From an archaeon GW2011_AR5 (lineage in GTDB: Archaea; Aenigmatarchaeota; Aenigmatarchaeia; GW2011-AR5), in contig JWKQ01000002.1 in NCBI GenBank assembly GCA_000806115.1, positions 256,815 to 320,814 of the forward strand: DNA of 64,000 bases. The letters are read 5' to 3'. Positions 17,467-26,607 of this stretch are shown here, piece after piece. The notes below the pieces were generated by a model. It ran no database searches. It saw only the letters and a program-made list of their open reading frames with translations, and was not told the DNA's origin. The stretch's first letter is position 1; every line of letters begins with the position of its first letter. The position numbers and the translations under genes were made by a program.

Positions 17467-18417
17467 ATGCACTGGACAAAATCCAAAGGTACAGGCGGGC
17501 GTATCGGGAGCGAAGAGGATTTCATCGTCGAAGAAATTCCTTCGAGAAAATATTTCTCAAGGTTCAGGCGCAGCGGCTCTGGCGTGAAAACCGTCGAAGG
17601 GCCCTACACTCTCGGGGTTCTGTGGAAAAAGGGTATGACTACGAGAGGGGCGCTTGATGCTGTCGGGAAGGAACTGAACCTGAAACGCGACGACATCGGC
17701 TATGCGGGGCTGAAGGACAAGTTCGCAGTCACTTCGCAGTATATCACCGTCAAGGGAAATATTTCTGAAATTTGCAAAGAAAATCTCCGGCTAAGCGTTG
17801 CAGGGCGCACGGACAGGATGATGCAGGTTGGCGATCTTGAAGGAAACCGCTTTGCAATAACTCTGCGATCGTGCAGGAGTCCGAAGAACATAACAGCTTT
17901 CGTGAAGGAAATATCTTCAAGAGGCATGCCAAACTATTTCGGGCCGCAGAGATTCGGCATGCACGGGAATAATCATATTATCGGCAAATTGCTGCTGAAT
18001 GACAGAAAAGAAGCGATGAAGCTTATAGACAGGAACGGCGGCAATACTGAAAAGCGAACGCTGAAATTTTACATTCATGCTTACCAGTCTTACCTGTTCA
18101 ACAAGCTTCTCGACAGGTATATTTCCATTCATACCAAACCGTTTTTTGGGGAATTTCCGATAGCCGGTTTTGACGCAAAGCTGAAAGACGACTTCGCAGG
18201 CAAAGAAATGAGGAAAATAATGAAGGAAGAAGCCGTAAAGACGGAGGACTTTTCTGTCAGGGAACTCAGCATCAGGTGCACAGGCTCGTCCCGCGCCGCG
18301 TTTGTCATGCCGAAAGAAATAAATTATAAGATAGACGGAAAAACAGTCGAACTCCGTTTCGTACTTCCGAAAGGCTCTTACGCGACAGTTCTTATCAGGG
18401 AAGCATCAAAAGTCTAG
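17467..18417 (+). CDS. truD: tRNA pseudouridine synthase TruD/Pus7 family
   Basis: IGYAGLKDKFAVTSQYITV contains the catalytic GxKD motif. NYFGPQRFG and the C-terminal LPKGSYATVLIRE are also typical of TruD. Confidence 0.85.
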   Translation: MHWTKSKGTGGRIGSEEDFIVEEIPSRKYFSRFRRSGSGVKTVEGPYTLGVLWKKGMTTRGALDAVGKELNLKRDDIGYAGLKDKFAVTSQYITVKGNISEICKENLRLSVAGRTDRMMQVGDLEGNRFAITLRSCRSPKNITAFVKEISSRGMPNYFGPQRFGMHGNNHIIGKLLLNDRKEAMKLIDRNGGNTEKRTLKFYIHAYQSYLFNKLLDRYISIHTKPFFGEFPIAGFDAKLKDDFAGKEMRKIMKEEAVKTEDFSVRELSIRCTGSSRAAFVMPKEINYKIDGKTVELRFVLPKGSYATVLIREASKV

Positions 18418-19122
18418 GTCGCTGGATTCGACTATCCTGTGCACTTTCGCGTTCCCGACATTGTAGTAGAAGCCGTCGTGTACGAAGAAGCTCATCCTTT
18501 TTTCGTCCTTCGTCATCTCCTGGATTACGTGCTGGCTGAAATCAAGTTCTGCCTGATGAACGTTCCTCAGCCTGCTGATGTAGTCAAGCACTTCCCTTTC
18601 CGCGTAGAATATCGGGCAGTTCGGGTATTTTCCCAGCACGGCAAAATCTATGAGCGGCTTCTCGTTTATTATCAGAGTTTCTCCCGCCTGCTCGAGCATC
18701 CCTTCTCCTATGTCAAAGAATCTTGCGCCACACATTGTCAAAGTGTTTTCTTTTTCTTCGTGCAGCCTCAGCATTGCAGCCAGATCGACATTTGCCACAA
18801 CATCCCCGTAATAAACGAGAAATGTTTTTCCGTCAAGGAGATGTCTCGCATTATGAACTTCACCTGCGGTGCCCGATGGTGCGTCAGCATGGGAAAACCG
18901 CACCTTCGTATTGTCCGCGAAATAATCCGTTATCTGGCTTCCGTACGTGCTGCTTGCCACGGCTATTACCGGCTCGAAGCCGTATCTCAGGAGCCTGTCG
19001 ACCGTATGCGCGATTATTGGACGTCCGTCCTTCATCGGAAGCATTACCTTCGGTTTTCCTGCAGCAGCTTCGTATCCCTGCATCCTGGTTCCATGTCCGG
19101 CTGCAAGTATCACAACTTTCAT
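18406..19122 (-). CDS. Sugar-phosphate nucleotidyltransferase (NTP_transferase family)
   Basis: The N-terminal MKVVILAAGHGTRM..KPKVMLP signature (G-x-G-T-R-x) matches glucose-1-P thymidylyl/uridylyltransferase-like enzymes. Its 3' end overlaps truD convergently by 12 nt. Confidence 0.85.
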   Translation of the reverse strand: MKVVILAAGHGTRMQGYEAAAGKPKVMLPMKDGRPIIAHTVDRLLRYGFEPVIAVASSTYGSQITDYFADNTKVRFSHADAPSGTAGEVHNARHLLDGKTFLVYYGDVVANVDLAAMLRLHEEKENTLTMCGARFFDIGEGMLEQAGETLIINEKPLIDFAVLGKYPNCPIFYAEREVLDYISRLRNVHQAELDFSQHVIQEMTKDEKRMSFFVHDGFYYNVGNAKVHRIVESSDLDF

Positions 19123-19206
19123 GATAGAATGCTTGAATGAAAGTTTTTAATAATGAATCTCGAAGTTGTTGCAGCCTTTTTAATAAGTAATTACAAAACT
19201 ATCAGC

Positions 19207-19764
19207 ATGAAACCCCGTGTTGTACTCCCGATATTGCTTATTTCGGTGATCGTCATCTCCGGCTGTGTGGAAGAACAAGAGCCGGTTACAGAGATATACG
19301 TGCCCGGACACGGGAACCAGATATACGCATTTCACAATGACATCCGCGAGTCGCTGAAAGTCCCGGTTAATAACCCGGAAGGGATAAAGGCACTTGCAGC
19401 AGTTTCAAACGGCATGTACCTTGTTTTCGACGGTTCGAACCCGCAGGATAACGCGTATTTCACTATTGTCACGACTGAGATTACTCAGAAAATTTCAACC
19501 TATTATTCATATGAGGGCAGGCTGTTCGGTTTCATGCCTTACTACCATATTGGAAGCCAGTGGTATGATTCAGGAGGCAAAGAGATAAACAAGCCTGATT
19601 TCTCCGGACCCGTGATGTGGCTTCTGGGACCGTCGACGGGTGCTAATGACACGTCAGTTACCCTTGTGAACAGCACTGTCTACATTAGCGGGACCAGCTA
19701 CAATAATCTTACGCTTGCAGGAGACAAGTTCGTCCTCCTGATTTTCGGCATAGACAGGGTTTGA
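19207..19764 (+). CDS. Secreted lipoprotein-like hypothetical protein
   Basis: MKPRVVLPILLISVIVISGC has a signal peptide with a lipobox-like ISGC. The ATG at 19207 is preferred over the track start 19153; TATA-like CTTTTTAATAAG lies about 25 nt upstream. Confidence 0.65.
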   Translation: MKPRVVLPILLISVIVISGCVEEQEPVTEIYVPGHGNQIYAFHNDIRESLKVPVNNPEGIKALAAVSNGMYLVFDGSNPQDNAYFTIVTTEITQKISTYYSYEGRLFGFMPYYHIGSQWYDSGGKEINKPDFSGPVMWLLGPSTGANDTSVTLVNSTVYISGTSYNNLTLAGDKFVLLIFGIDRV

Positions 19765-19773
19765 GGCGAGAGG

Positions 19774-20970
19774 ATGCTATTCGACGCGATGCCCTATATA
19801 GTGGCTTACGTATCATTGTTTCTTTCGATATTCTGGTTCACTGTTTATTTTTCACACGAGCCAAAGCAAAAAAGGCATGGATATGCCCCTGCGATTTCGA
19901 TAATCGTTCCTGCACATAACGAGCAATTAACAATCGGCAAATGCATAAAATCTCTTATTAAACAGAAGTATGCAAACCTGAAAATTATTGTAGTTGATGA
20001 CGGCTCGACAGACAATACTGGATATGTTGTAAAGTCTCTGAAAAAATCGCATAGTAATATCGGATATCTCAGGACAAATCATATCGGGAAAGCTGCTGCG
20101 ATGAACGTTGCCCTTCGTCATGTGAGAACAGAAGTATTTGGTTTCATCGATGCAGACACGTATCTTTCTGCAGGAACCCTGCATGCCATGGTAAAATATT
20201 TCAATGATGAAACTGCTGCTGTCACTATAGCCATGAAGCCTTCCAAGGCGGTTAACCTGATTCAGAGAATACAAAAAGTTGAATACATGATATCATCGCT
20301 TACCAGAAAACTGCTGAGTTATCTTGATGCGGTGTATTACACCCCGGGTTTTGCAATCTATAAGACTGACGTGATAAAAAAGCTTGGTGGGTTCGATGAA
20401 AAAAACATCACGGAGGATCTTGAAATAGGCATGAGGCTGAAGGATAGTGGATACAACATAGAAAATGTGATAGACAAGGCGGCATTCACTGAGGTGCCGC
20501 AGACATTCCGGGAGCTCTTCAGGCAGAGGATGCGATGGTACAGGGGCTATTTTTACAACAGCAGAAAATACAAGCATATGTTCTTTAACAGGAAATTCGG
20601 TGACTTGGGAATAATGGTACTCCCAATCCAGTATATAGTCCTTGCGCTAATTACACCATTTTTGCTGTTCGCCGTTTACGATATGTCCGTATCATTGCTG
20701 AAGGGCATTATAGACCTGTATCTGACAGGATTCGATGTCGGGTATTTTTTTGAAACAGGATCCTTTATAATTGTGACACCTATGACATTCTTCCTGCTGG
20801 CGCTTGTCGCGTCGTTCGTCATAATGATAAAAATCAGCCAGAGGGAGACAGAGGAAAATGTTGGAAAGTTGACTTATTTGGTTTATATAATTCTTTACCC
20901 TTTTATCAATACGCTGCTCTGGATTAGCGCATTCGTGCATGAAATGTTCGGGACAAAGAAAAGATGGTAA
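19774..20970 (+). CDS. Membrane-embedded GT2 glycosyltransferase, processive synthase-like (QxxRW)
   Basis: ISIIVPAHNEQ...IIVVDDGSTDNT...IDADTYL...TEDLE...QRMRWYRG, flanked by N- and C-terminal TM helices. This is the architecture of cellulose/chitin/PNAG-type synthases. Confidence 0.9.
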   Translation: MLFDAMPYIVAYVSLFLSIFWFTVYFSHEPKQKRHGYAPAISIIVPAHNEQLTIGKCIKSLIKQKYANLKIIVVDDGSTDNTGYVVKSLKKSHSNIGYLRTNHIGKAAAMNVALRHVRTEVFGFIDADTYLSAGTLHAMVKYFNDETAAVTIAMKPSKAVNLIQRIQKVEYMISSLTRKLLSYLDAVYYTPGFAIYKTDVIKKLGGFDEKNITEDLEIGMRLKDSGYNIENVIDKAAFTEVPQTFRELFRQRMRWYRGYFYNSRKYKHMFFNRKFGDLGIMVLPIQYIVLALITPFLLFAVYDMSVSLLKGIIDLYLTGFDVGYFFETGSFIIVTPMTFFLLALVASFVIMIKISQRETEENVGKLTYLVYIILYPFINTLLWISAFVHEMFGTKKRW

Positions 20971-21617
20971 AAATGAAGAAAAATGTTTATATGGCTGCAA
21001 TAATTTTTACATCCCTGATATTTTTTGTGGGAATATTGCTAGGCTCCAGAATAACCGATGAGAATACTGCAAGAATGCAGCGCGAACTGCAGAACGATTT
21101 CCTTGGGATGCAGAGCCTTGAATTGGAGCTTTCAATAGTCAATAATGTCAACAGGACTTCATTTTGCAGCTACATTGATTACAGGTTGCCGGATATTGTC
21201 AGACAAAAGGTGGAACTTGGAAGGAGGTTCGATATCGGGGATATACCTTCCGATCAGGCGGAAGTCTTGAAAAAGCAGTATCTTCTCTCGCTGAGCAAAT
21301 ACTGGCTATTTTCTGAAGTCAGCAAGAAGCAGTGCAGGGTGGGCAACCCTGGTATAGTATTCTTCTTCGACTCGTCAGAAGCCTCGCGCGAGCAGGGGAG
21401 GATACTGGATTATCTTGTGTATAAATCAGACGAAAATATCACGGTCTTCGCTTTCAATACAGAATGGGATGAGCCGCTTATGAGGCTCGTTATGATCAGC
21501 TATAATGTGACCGGCACACCCACAGTAGTTATAGATGATGTCAGCTACAGCGGACTCCAGACAAGAGAAAAGCTGGCAGAAACTTTGTGCAAGAACTACA
21601 ACCTTACTCTTTGTTAG
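20964..21617 (+). CDS. Membrane-anchored hypothetical protein, possibly with a thioredoxin-like C-terminal fold
   Basis: N-terminal TM AAIIFTSLIFFVGILLG. The C-terminal ...GIVFFFDSSEASREQG...VTGTPTVVIDD resembles a Trx-fold beta-alpha-beta with cis-Pro (weak). It overlaps the upstream GT2 by 7 nt. Confidence 0.65.
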   Translation: MVKMKKNVYMAAIIFTSLIFFVGILLGSRITDENTARMQRELQNDFLGMQSLELELSIVNNVNRTSFCSYIDYRLPDIVRQKVELGRRFDIGDIPSDQAEVLKKQYLLSLSKYWLFSEVSKKQCRVGNPGIVFFFDSSEASREQGRILDYLVYKSDENITVFAFNTEWDEPLMRLVMISYNVTGTPTVVIDDVSYSGLQTREKLAETLCKNYNLTLC

Positions 21618-21651
21618 CTATTTTAAAAACTCAAGACAGATTAGTGATAGC

Positions 21652-22947
21652 ATGATAGACCCAGAATTCATCAAGATTCTTGTCCATGCGGTGTCGACGG
21701 ACATTTTCCACTTCCTGGTTATACCGGTGGCAATATTCTCTGTGTTTTTCTACTTCTTCGGGGTTGTCGGAATTCTTCAGAAGGATGCCGGGAAATCATC
21801 TGCGCGCGGCGCGAAGCGCCTTCCGAAAGTTACAATACAGATTCCCACTTTCAATGAACCCGTCGCCATCAGGTGCGCAGAGCACTGCCTGAAGATGGAC
21901 TATCCAAAAAGCAAGTTCGAAATCATAATTGGCGACGACAGTTCCGACGGCAATGTTTCCGCCATGATAAATGATTTTGCCAGAAAGCACCGCATAAAGG
22001 TGACAAGGCGCGGCACGAACGAGGGCTTCAAGGCGGGCAACATCAATAACATGCTGCGCTATTCGAAGGGCGAGATTATAGTCATCTTCGATTCTGATTT
22101 CGTGCCTCCGGCCGACTTCCTGAAGCGGATAGTAAGACCGTTCGACGACCCGAAGGTTGCATGCGTCCAGTCCAAGTGGTCTTACATCAACATGGAACAG
22201 AGCCCGACGTCGAAATTCGCGTCCACGGTTTTGATGGTTTATCACAATATCCTTGCACGTCTGAACAATGCTGCAGGCTCGCCGCTCCTTTTCGGTTCCG
22301 GGGAAGCTGTCAGGAAAAACGTCATAGAAAAGCTTGGCGGGTGGCAGGAAGGGAGTGTTACGGAAGATGTCGAATTCTCGGTGCGCGCCCTGATAAAGGG
22401 ATACAAGACCGTGTATCTGCACGACCTTAGTGTGCAGGGCGAAGTGCCTTACAACGTCCGCTCGCTGCGCACACAGCAGCGCCGGTGGGCTTACGGGAAC
22501 ACAAAGGCGTTTCTCGAGCACAAAAGAGCCATACTTTTCGGGAAGCTCTCGTTTTTCCAGAAAGTGCTTATGTCCTTCACAATGCTTGGATACATTTCGT
22601 CTTTTTTCCTTGTAGCTTTCATGTTCTTCGGCGCAGTCTCGTTCATGACAGGCGAGCCGTCGCAGATTAACGTCGTGCGGCTTGTTGTTGATGTCGCAAT
22701 CAATTTTGTGCTCGCGTCAGGCTTTACGTTCGCGGGGGTGGTTGCCCTGTGGAAAGAGAAAAAAGCGCACCATGTCTTCGTGGTTTTCTTCTCCGCGCTC
22801 ACGGTAGGCATACTGGTTTCATTGAGCGTGTGCAGCGGAATCATCAAGGTGTTGCGCGGCAAGCCGATGTACTGGATTGTCATAAAGAAGAAAGGGAATG
22901 TGGACTTCATTCCCGGCACGTACGGGCTCACCGCAATTAAGCGCTAA
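21652..22947 (+). CDS. Membrane-embedded GT2 glycosyltransferase, processive synthase-like (QxxRW)
   Basis: VTIQIPTFNEP...FEIIIGDDSSDG...FDSDFVP...TEDVE...QQRRWAYG plus multiple TM helices. The start is moved to MIDPEF (21652); TTTTAAAAA lies about 25 nt upstream. Confidence 0.9.
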   Translation: MIDPEFIKILVHAVSTDIFHFLVIPVAIFSVFFYFFGVVGILQKDAGKSSARGAKRLPKVTIQIPTFNEPVAIRCAEHCLKMDYPKSKFEIIIGDDSSDGNVSAMINDFARKHRIKVTRRGTNEGFKAGNINNMLRYSKGEIIVIFDSDFVPPADFLKRIVRPFDDPKVACVQSKWSYINMEQSPTSKFASTVLMVYHNILARLNNAAGSPLLFGSGEAVRKNVIEKLGGWQEGSVTEDVEFSVRALIKGYKTVYLHDLSVQGEVPYNVRSLRTQQRRWAYGNTKAFLEHKRAILFGKLSFFQKVLMSFTMLGYISSFFLVAFMFFGAVSFMTGEPSQINVVRLVVDVAINFVLASGFTFAGVVALWKEKKAHHVFVVFFSALTVGILVSLSVCSGIIKVLRGKPMYWIVIKKKGNVDFIPGTYGLTAIKR

Positions 22948-22978
22948 CTGTTTTTATAGGTATCAGGCGAAATCCTGT

Positions 22979-24211
22979 ATGATGATGGACATATTTTTAA
23001 CCGTTCTGTTCTCCCTTCTCGCGGCAGTCAATGCAATACTGCTGTGCCTTTTCCTTCTTCCTGACAGGGTGTACGGGAAATTCTGCCCGCCGCTTTCCGT
23101 CATAATCCCGGCTCACAACGAGGAGAAGTATATTTCAAAGACGATTGAGAGTGTATTGAAGTCGGATTACAGGAACACGATGGAAATCATAGTTGTCAAC
23201 GACGGTTCGACTGACAAGACGGCGGAAATAGTCGGCGCGCTCTCAAGGACGCAGAAGAAAATAAGACTGTTCAGCCTGAAACACTCGGGAAAATCAGCCG
23301 CGCTCAATTTCGGGATAAAGAAAGCAAGATACGAAACAGTCGCATTCGTGGACGCCGACTCGACGCTGGAGAAGAAGAGCCTCATGAAGCTGGTGGAGCC
23401 TCTCGCAGGCAGGGACGTTTCCATTTCATCCGGAGTAATCAGGGCAAGGCATACGGGAATTCTGTCGTGGTTCCAGGACATTGATTATATTTCATCGTCA
23501 GGCTGGCGGTACGCCTGCGACAAGATAGGCGCAACATACATATCTCCCGGGTTCGCGGCTTTCAAGAAGAAAGACCTCCTGAAGGTTGGCGGATTCTCCG
23601 GCGACACGCTTACGGAAGACCTGGACACGACATTGATAATGAGGGAGGGCGGTTACGGCGCTGCGATGACGCGCGCATACATGTTCACTTCCGTGCCTTC
23701 CACTCTAAGGAGCCTGGTCAGGCAGAGGGTGCGCTGGGGGCGCGGCTCAATACAGAACGCCAAGAAACATTCGGGGTTGATTTTTTCGAGGAACCGAATC
23801 GGCTTCTACAGCTTCCCGATGCATCTTTTCTGGTACCCGTTCTCTTTGTTCTATCTTCCCTTTGCAATCTACTGGATGTTCGCCGTTTATTTCTCGTCGT
23901 CCATAAGCCTGCCGTTCGCGACTCTTATGTTCTTCGTGAAATGGGTGACTGTGTACGGCATAGCTGACTTGGCGTACAATATTTTCACAGGCGCGTACCA
24001 GCTGAATGCGCTTCTCGTGTCCATACTGCTGTCATGGGGACTCTCTTTCATATATCTTGTTGCAGCAGCGCGCAAGTTTAGTGCCTTTAGCTGGAAGATG
24101 CTGTCTTACCTTATCATCTTCCCGTACTTCTGGGTGACATTTGCGGTTCAGGCTTACTCCCTAGTCCGAGAATTGCTGTCGCCTGGAAAGGGAAAGAACT
24201 TGTGGAATTAG
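22979..24211 (+). CDS. Membrane-embedded GT2 glycosyltransferase, processive synthase-like (RxxRW)
   Basis: LSVIIPAHNEE...EIIVVNDGSTDKT...VDADSTL...TEDLD...RQRVRWGRG plus C-terminal TM bundle. The start is moved to MMMDIF (22979); TTTTTATAGG lies about 25 nt upstream. Confidence 0.9.
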   Translation: MMMDIFLTVLFSLLAAVNAILLCLFLLPDRVYGKFCPPLSVIIPAHNEEKYISKTIESVLKSDYRNTMEIIVVNDGSTDKTAEIVGALSRTQKKIRLFSLKHSGKSAALNFGIKKARYETVAFVDADSTLEKKSLMKLVEPLAGRDVSISSGVIRARHTGILSWFQDIDYISSSGWRYACDKIGATYISPGFAAFKKKDLLKVGGFSGDTLTEDLDTTLIMREGGYGAAMTRAYMFTSVPSTLRSLVRQRVRWGRGSIQNAKKHSGLIFSRNRIGFYSFPMHLFWYPFSLFYLPFAIYWMFAVYFSSSISLPFATLMFFVKWVTVYGIADLAYNIFTGAYQLNALLVSILLSWGLSFIYLVAAARKFSAFSWKMLSYLIIFPYFWVTFAVQAYSLVRELLSPGKGKNLWN

Positions 24212-24213
24212 AA

Positions 24214-24558
24214 TCACTTCAGCAGCGGCATGGACCCGGTTATTTTATTGATTTTTTCTTCCTTCTCGGGGCCTATTGCAAGCGCTGTCGCAGTGCCGGG
24301 TATCAGCTCTGTCAGTCCGGCGTCTATTACCAGTGAGCAGGAAACCTTGTGCTTGCCGCATTTTGCCTTCAGCTCAAACAGATCCTTTTCATTCCTCGCC
24401 TGGACTACAACCTTTTTCTGTCCTTCTTTTTTCCATGCAGAGACGATTTTTTTGTCGGCAGTGTCAAGGGCAGAAACGGCGGCATGCGAGGATTGCGCGG
24501 CAATTTTGCCGACGCTCATTTCGATGTCGGAACGAATTACTATTATCATCTTGTACAT
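24214..24558 (-). CDS. pth2: Peptidyl-tRNA hydrolase, archaeal/eukaryotic Pth2 type
   Basis: MSVGKIAAQSSHAAV...VIDAGLTELIPGTATALAIGP is the PTH2 family signature. Size is 114 aa. Confidence 0.9.
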   Translation of the reverse strand: MYKMIIVIRSDIEMSVGKIAAQSSHAAVSALDTADKKIVSAWKKEGQKKVVVQARNEKDLFELKAKCGKHKVSCSLVIDAGLTELIPGTATALAIGPEKEEKINKITGSMPLLK

Positions 24559-24661
24559 CTTATCACTTTTTCTTAATTTTTTCTTGATAGTTTTTAATTA
24601 GTAACTTTTGTTTCTTATCAAGCTTATTTATTCAATTATATCTTTCGGTGAATCTTAAGTA

Positions 24662-25309
24662 CTACCCCTTCATTATAGCTTTCCCGATAATGTACGAGGC
24701 AACTTTTAAGCTGTCTTTCACGGGCATCTGGGAGCCTATGTCATATCTAACGCTTATCGGGACTTCCTTTATGCGCAGCCCTTTCCTCGCCGCCTTGATT
24801 ATCATCTCTGCTTCAATTTCATAGCGGCGTTTCTTGAGTCCAAGGGAAAGGAAATCGCTTTTCCTGATTGCCCTGAACCCGCAAAGCGCGTCATTCAGCT
24901 TCCTTCCTGCGGCTGCGGATATCACTGCCCTGGCAAAATTATTCGACACTATTCTTTGAGACGGTATGTCACGGATGTTCCTTGAGCCGACGGCAAGGTC
25001 GCATTTTCTCAATGCCGATATCATATTTGGTATCTCGCGCGCATCCAGCTGGCCGTCTGAGTCTATGAAGACTATATTTTTGCCGCTCGCAATCTTTGCA
25101 CCGGCGCGGCAGGCATAACCCTTTCCGTAATTTTTTGACAGCCGTATGCAGTTGCAGCCCAGGCTTTTTGCAACCTCAAGCGTTCTGTCTTTTGAGCCGT
25201 CGTCAACCACGATTACTTCGCAGCTTGAAGGGATGTTACTGATCACGCGGGCTATGTTCTTTTCCTCGTTGTAAGCCGGCAGTATTACAGATGTTGTCAT
25301 GTTAGCCAC
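24662..25309 (-). CDS. GT2 glycosyltransferase, dolichyl-phosphate hexose synthase-like (soluble/peripheral)
   Basis: SVILPAYNEEKNI...VIVVDDGSKDRT...KNYGKGYA...VFIDSDGQ matches the DPM1/GtrB-like pattern. Its start overlaps the PHP gene's 3' end by 8 nt. Confidence 0.85.
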   Translation of the reverse strand: MANMTTSVILPAYNEEKNIARVISNIPSSCEVIVVDDGSKDRTLEVAKSLGCNCIRLSKNYGKGYACRAGAKIASGKNIVFIDSDGQLDAREIPNMISALRKCDLAVGSRNIRDIPSQRIVSNNFARAVISAAAGRKLNDALCGFRAIRKSDFLSLGLKKRRYEIEAEMIIKAARKGLRIKEVPISVRYDIGSQMPVKDSLKVASYIIGKAIMKG

Positions 25310-25964
25310 CCATGAGTCTCAGTTTTCTTTTTATTTGTCTTTTCATTTTTGCGGTAAGCAGCGGAAGCGTGCTGGTCTGCTTGTCAGGAAGAATTACCTT
25401 CCCTTTCTTTATGGATTTCAATACATCGTCCACGCTTTTCGCGTCAATCAAGCAGGCAAATTTTCCGACGTCCTGGAGGCGATGGGCATCGCTGCCTGCC
25501 ACTGCGGGTTTTTTCGCCTGCCGCGCCAGCACAGCCGCCTTTTTGTTGCCGGATGGAAGCGTGTTGCCGTTGAGTATCTCGATTGCGTCGAATTTCTTTG
25601 CGCTCCTGACATCGTTGAACCCGTTCCTGCTGAATCCGCCGAAAGGATGGACGTTGATTATAATGCCTCCCCTTGCCCGGGCGTCGTCTATAAGCTCGTC
25701 AAGCGCGCAGAAAGCTTTCACTTTTAATTCCTCGACGCCCAGAGCCATTACATGAGCGGTACCTTCAGGATGCCTGCACGTCACTTCTATCCCCGGAATC
25801 AGCAGGCATTTTGGCTTCAGCTTTCTTGCCGCCTGATATCCGGAAAAAGTGTTGTGGTCGGTTATTGCCACGCCTCCAAGCTCGCGCTCCGTCTTTGCAA
25901 TCAGCTGCTTCACGGTCGGTATGCCGTCCGAATGGTTTGTATGGCAGTGCAGTTCGATTAGCAT
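25302..25964 (-). CDS. PHP-domain metal-dependent phosphoesterase
   Basis: MLIELHCHTNHSDGIPT...VAITDHNT...GSDAH carries the PHP His/Asp motifs. Confidence 0.85.
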   Translation of the reverse strand: MLIELHCHTNHSDGIPTVKQLIAKTERELGGVAITDHNTFSGYQAARKLKPKCLLIPGIEVTCRHPEGTAHVMALGVEELKVKAFCALDELIDDARARGGIIINVHPFGGFSRNGFNDVRSAKKFDAIEILNGNTLPSGNKKAAVLARQAKKPAVAGSDAHRLQDVGKFACLIDAKSVDDVLKSIKKGKVILPDKQTSTLPLLTAKMKRQIKRKLRLMGG

Positions 25965-25997
25965 AAAAATAATTGATTGATTAATTTAATAACACAA

Positions 25998-26037
25998 TGC
26001 TCACGCCAGTGAGCCACCTTGTAATATGTTTCTTTTC
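25998..26037 (-). promoter_or_regulatory. Promoter/initiator module copy A (upstream of the PHP gene)
   Basis: Minus strand reads GGAAAAGAAACATATTACAAGGTGGCTCAC-TGGC-GTGAGC: purine-rich BRE-like element, TATA-like element, GCTCAC and a 6-bp hairpin. Related copies lie at 38306-38352 and 48306-48347. Confidence 0.45.
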
Positions 26038-26046
26038 CGCAAGCGC

Positions 26047-26574
26047 TTACCACGGGTTCCTCTTCACATGTATCCAGTAGCCCAGCACGTTGGAGAGCCA
26101 GTGTATGATCGGCGTCAGCAGCACGAGCACTATCATGATGTCAAGCGGTATCTTGTATAGCGGCCAGACAAAAAGAAAAGCCATGAGCAGGAAACCCAGC
26201 TGGTCCAGGAAAAGCGCGCGGTCACCCCGTTTCATTCTCATTCTCCGCTTGACGAACGAGCCTCCTATGTCGCCGGCCATCGTTCCTATTGTAAGCAGGA
26301 ATACTATCGGAAAGCTCATTCTTGGCAGTCCTGCAATCTCCTGCGGCAGATAGTCCTGCCCGAATATCTGCAGAGAGCCTACGAAGACGCCGAATACTAC
26401 GCCGCCTATCAGCCCCTCCCATGTCTTGCCGTCGCCGAGCAGTCTCGTTCCGCGGAACATGCGCTTGCCGTCTATCGGCATCCGTCCGCGCATCAGCGGC
26501 GGAAAGCCGTTCGCAGCGTAAGCCGGCGCGATAAACCAGAATGACGCCAGAATCAGCAAAGCCAGCGGATCCAT
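26047..26574 (-). CDS. carS: CDP-archaeol synthase (CarS, DUF46 family)
   Basis: FIAPAYAANGFPPL..GR.PIDGKRMFRGTRLLGDGKTWEGLIGGVVFG matches the CarS conserved core. The protein is polytopic and 175 aa long. Confidence 0.85.
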   Translation of the reverse strand: MDPLALLILASFWFIAPAYAANGFPPLMRGRMPIDGKRMFRGTRLLGDGKTWEGLIGGVVFGVFVGSLQIFGQDYLPQEIAGLPRMSFPIVFLLTIGTMAGDIGGSFVKRRMRMKRGDRALFLDQLGFLLMAFLFVWPLYKIPLDIMIVLVLLTPIIHWLSNVLGYWIHVKRNPW

Positions 26575-26607
26575 GCTAATTATTCTGAGAGAATCGGATA
26601 AAAAGGG

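Noticed and set aside
18439-19140. 233-aa plus-strand ORF (and 18723..19124, 18947..19150) overlapping the nucleotidyltransferase gene
   Set aside because: The minus-strand frame carries the clear ILAAGHGTRM nucleotidyltransferase signature. The plus-strand products are Cys/His/Arg-rich nonsense with no family features.
21535-21651. Upstream extensions of several track ORFs (21535, 22898, 57719, 59580, 52992, 16773, 19153, 30644, 48256, 62267, 60395, 40763)
   Set aside because: The extensions overlap the preceding gene or begin at GTG/TTG codons embedded in SD-like GGTG motifs. In each case an internal ATG with proper SD or TATA spacing starts the recognisable domain or signal peptide.
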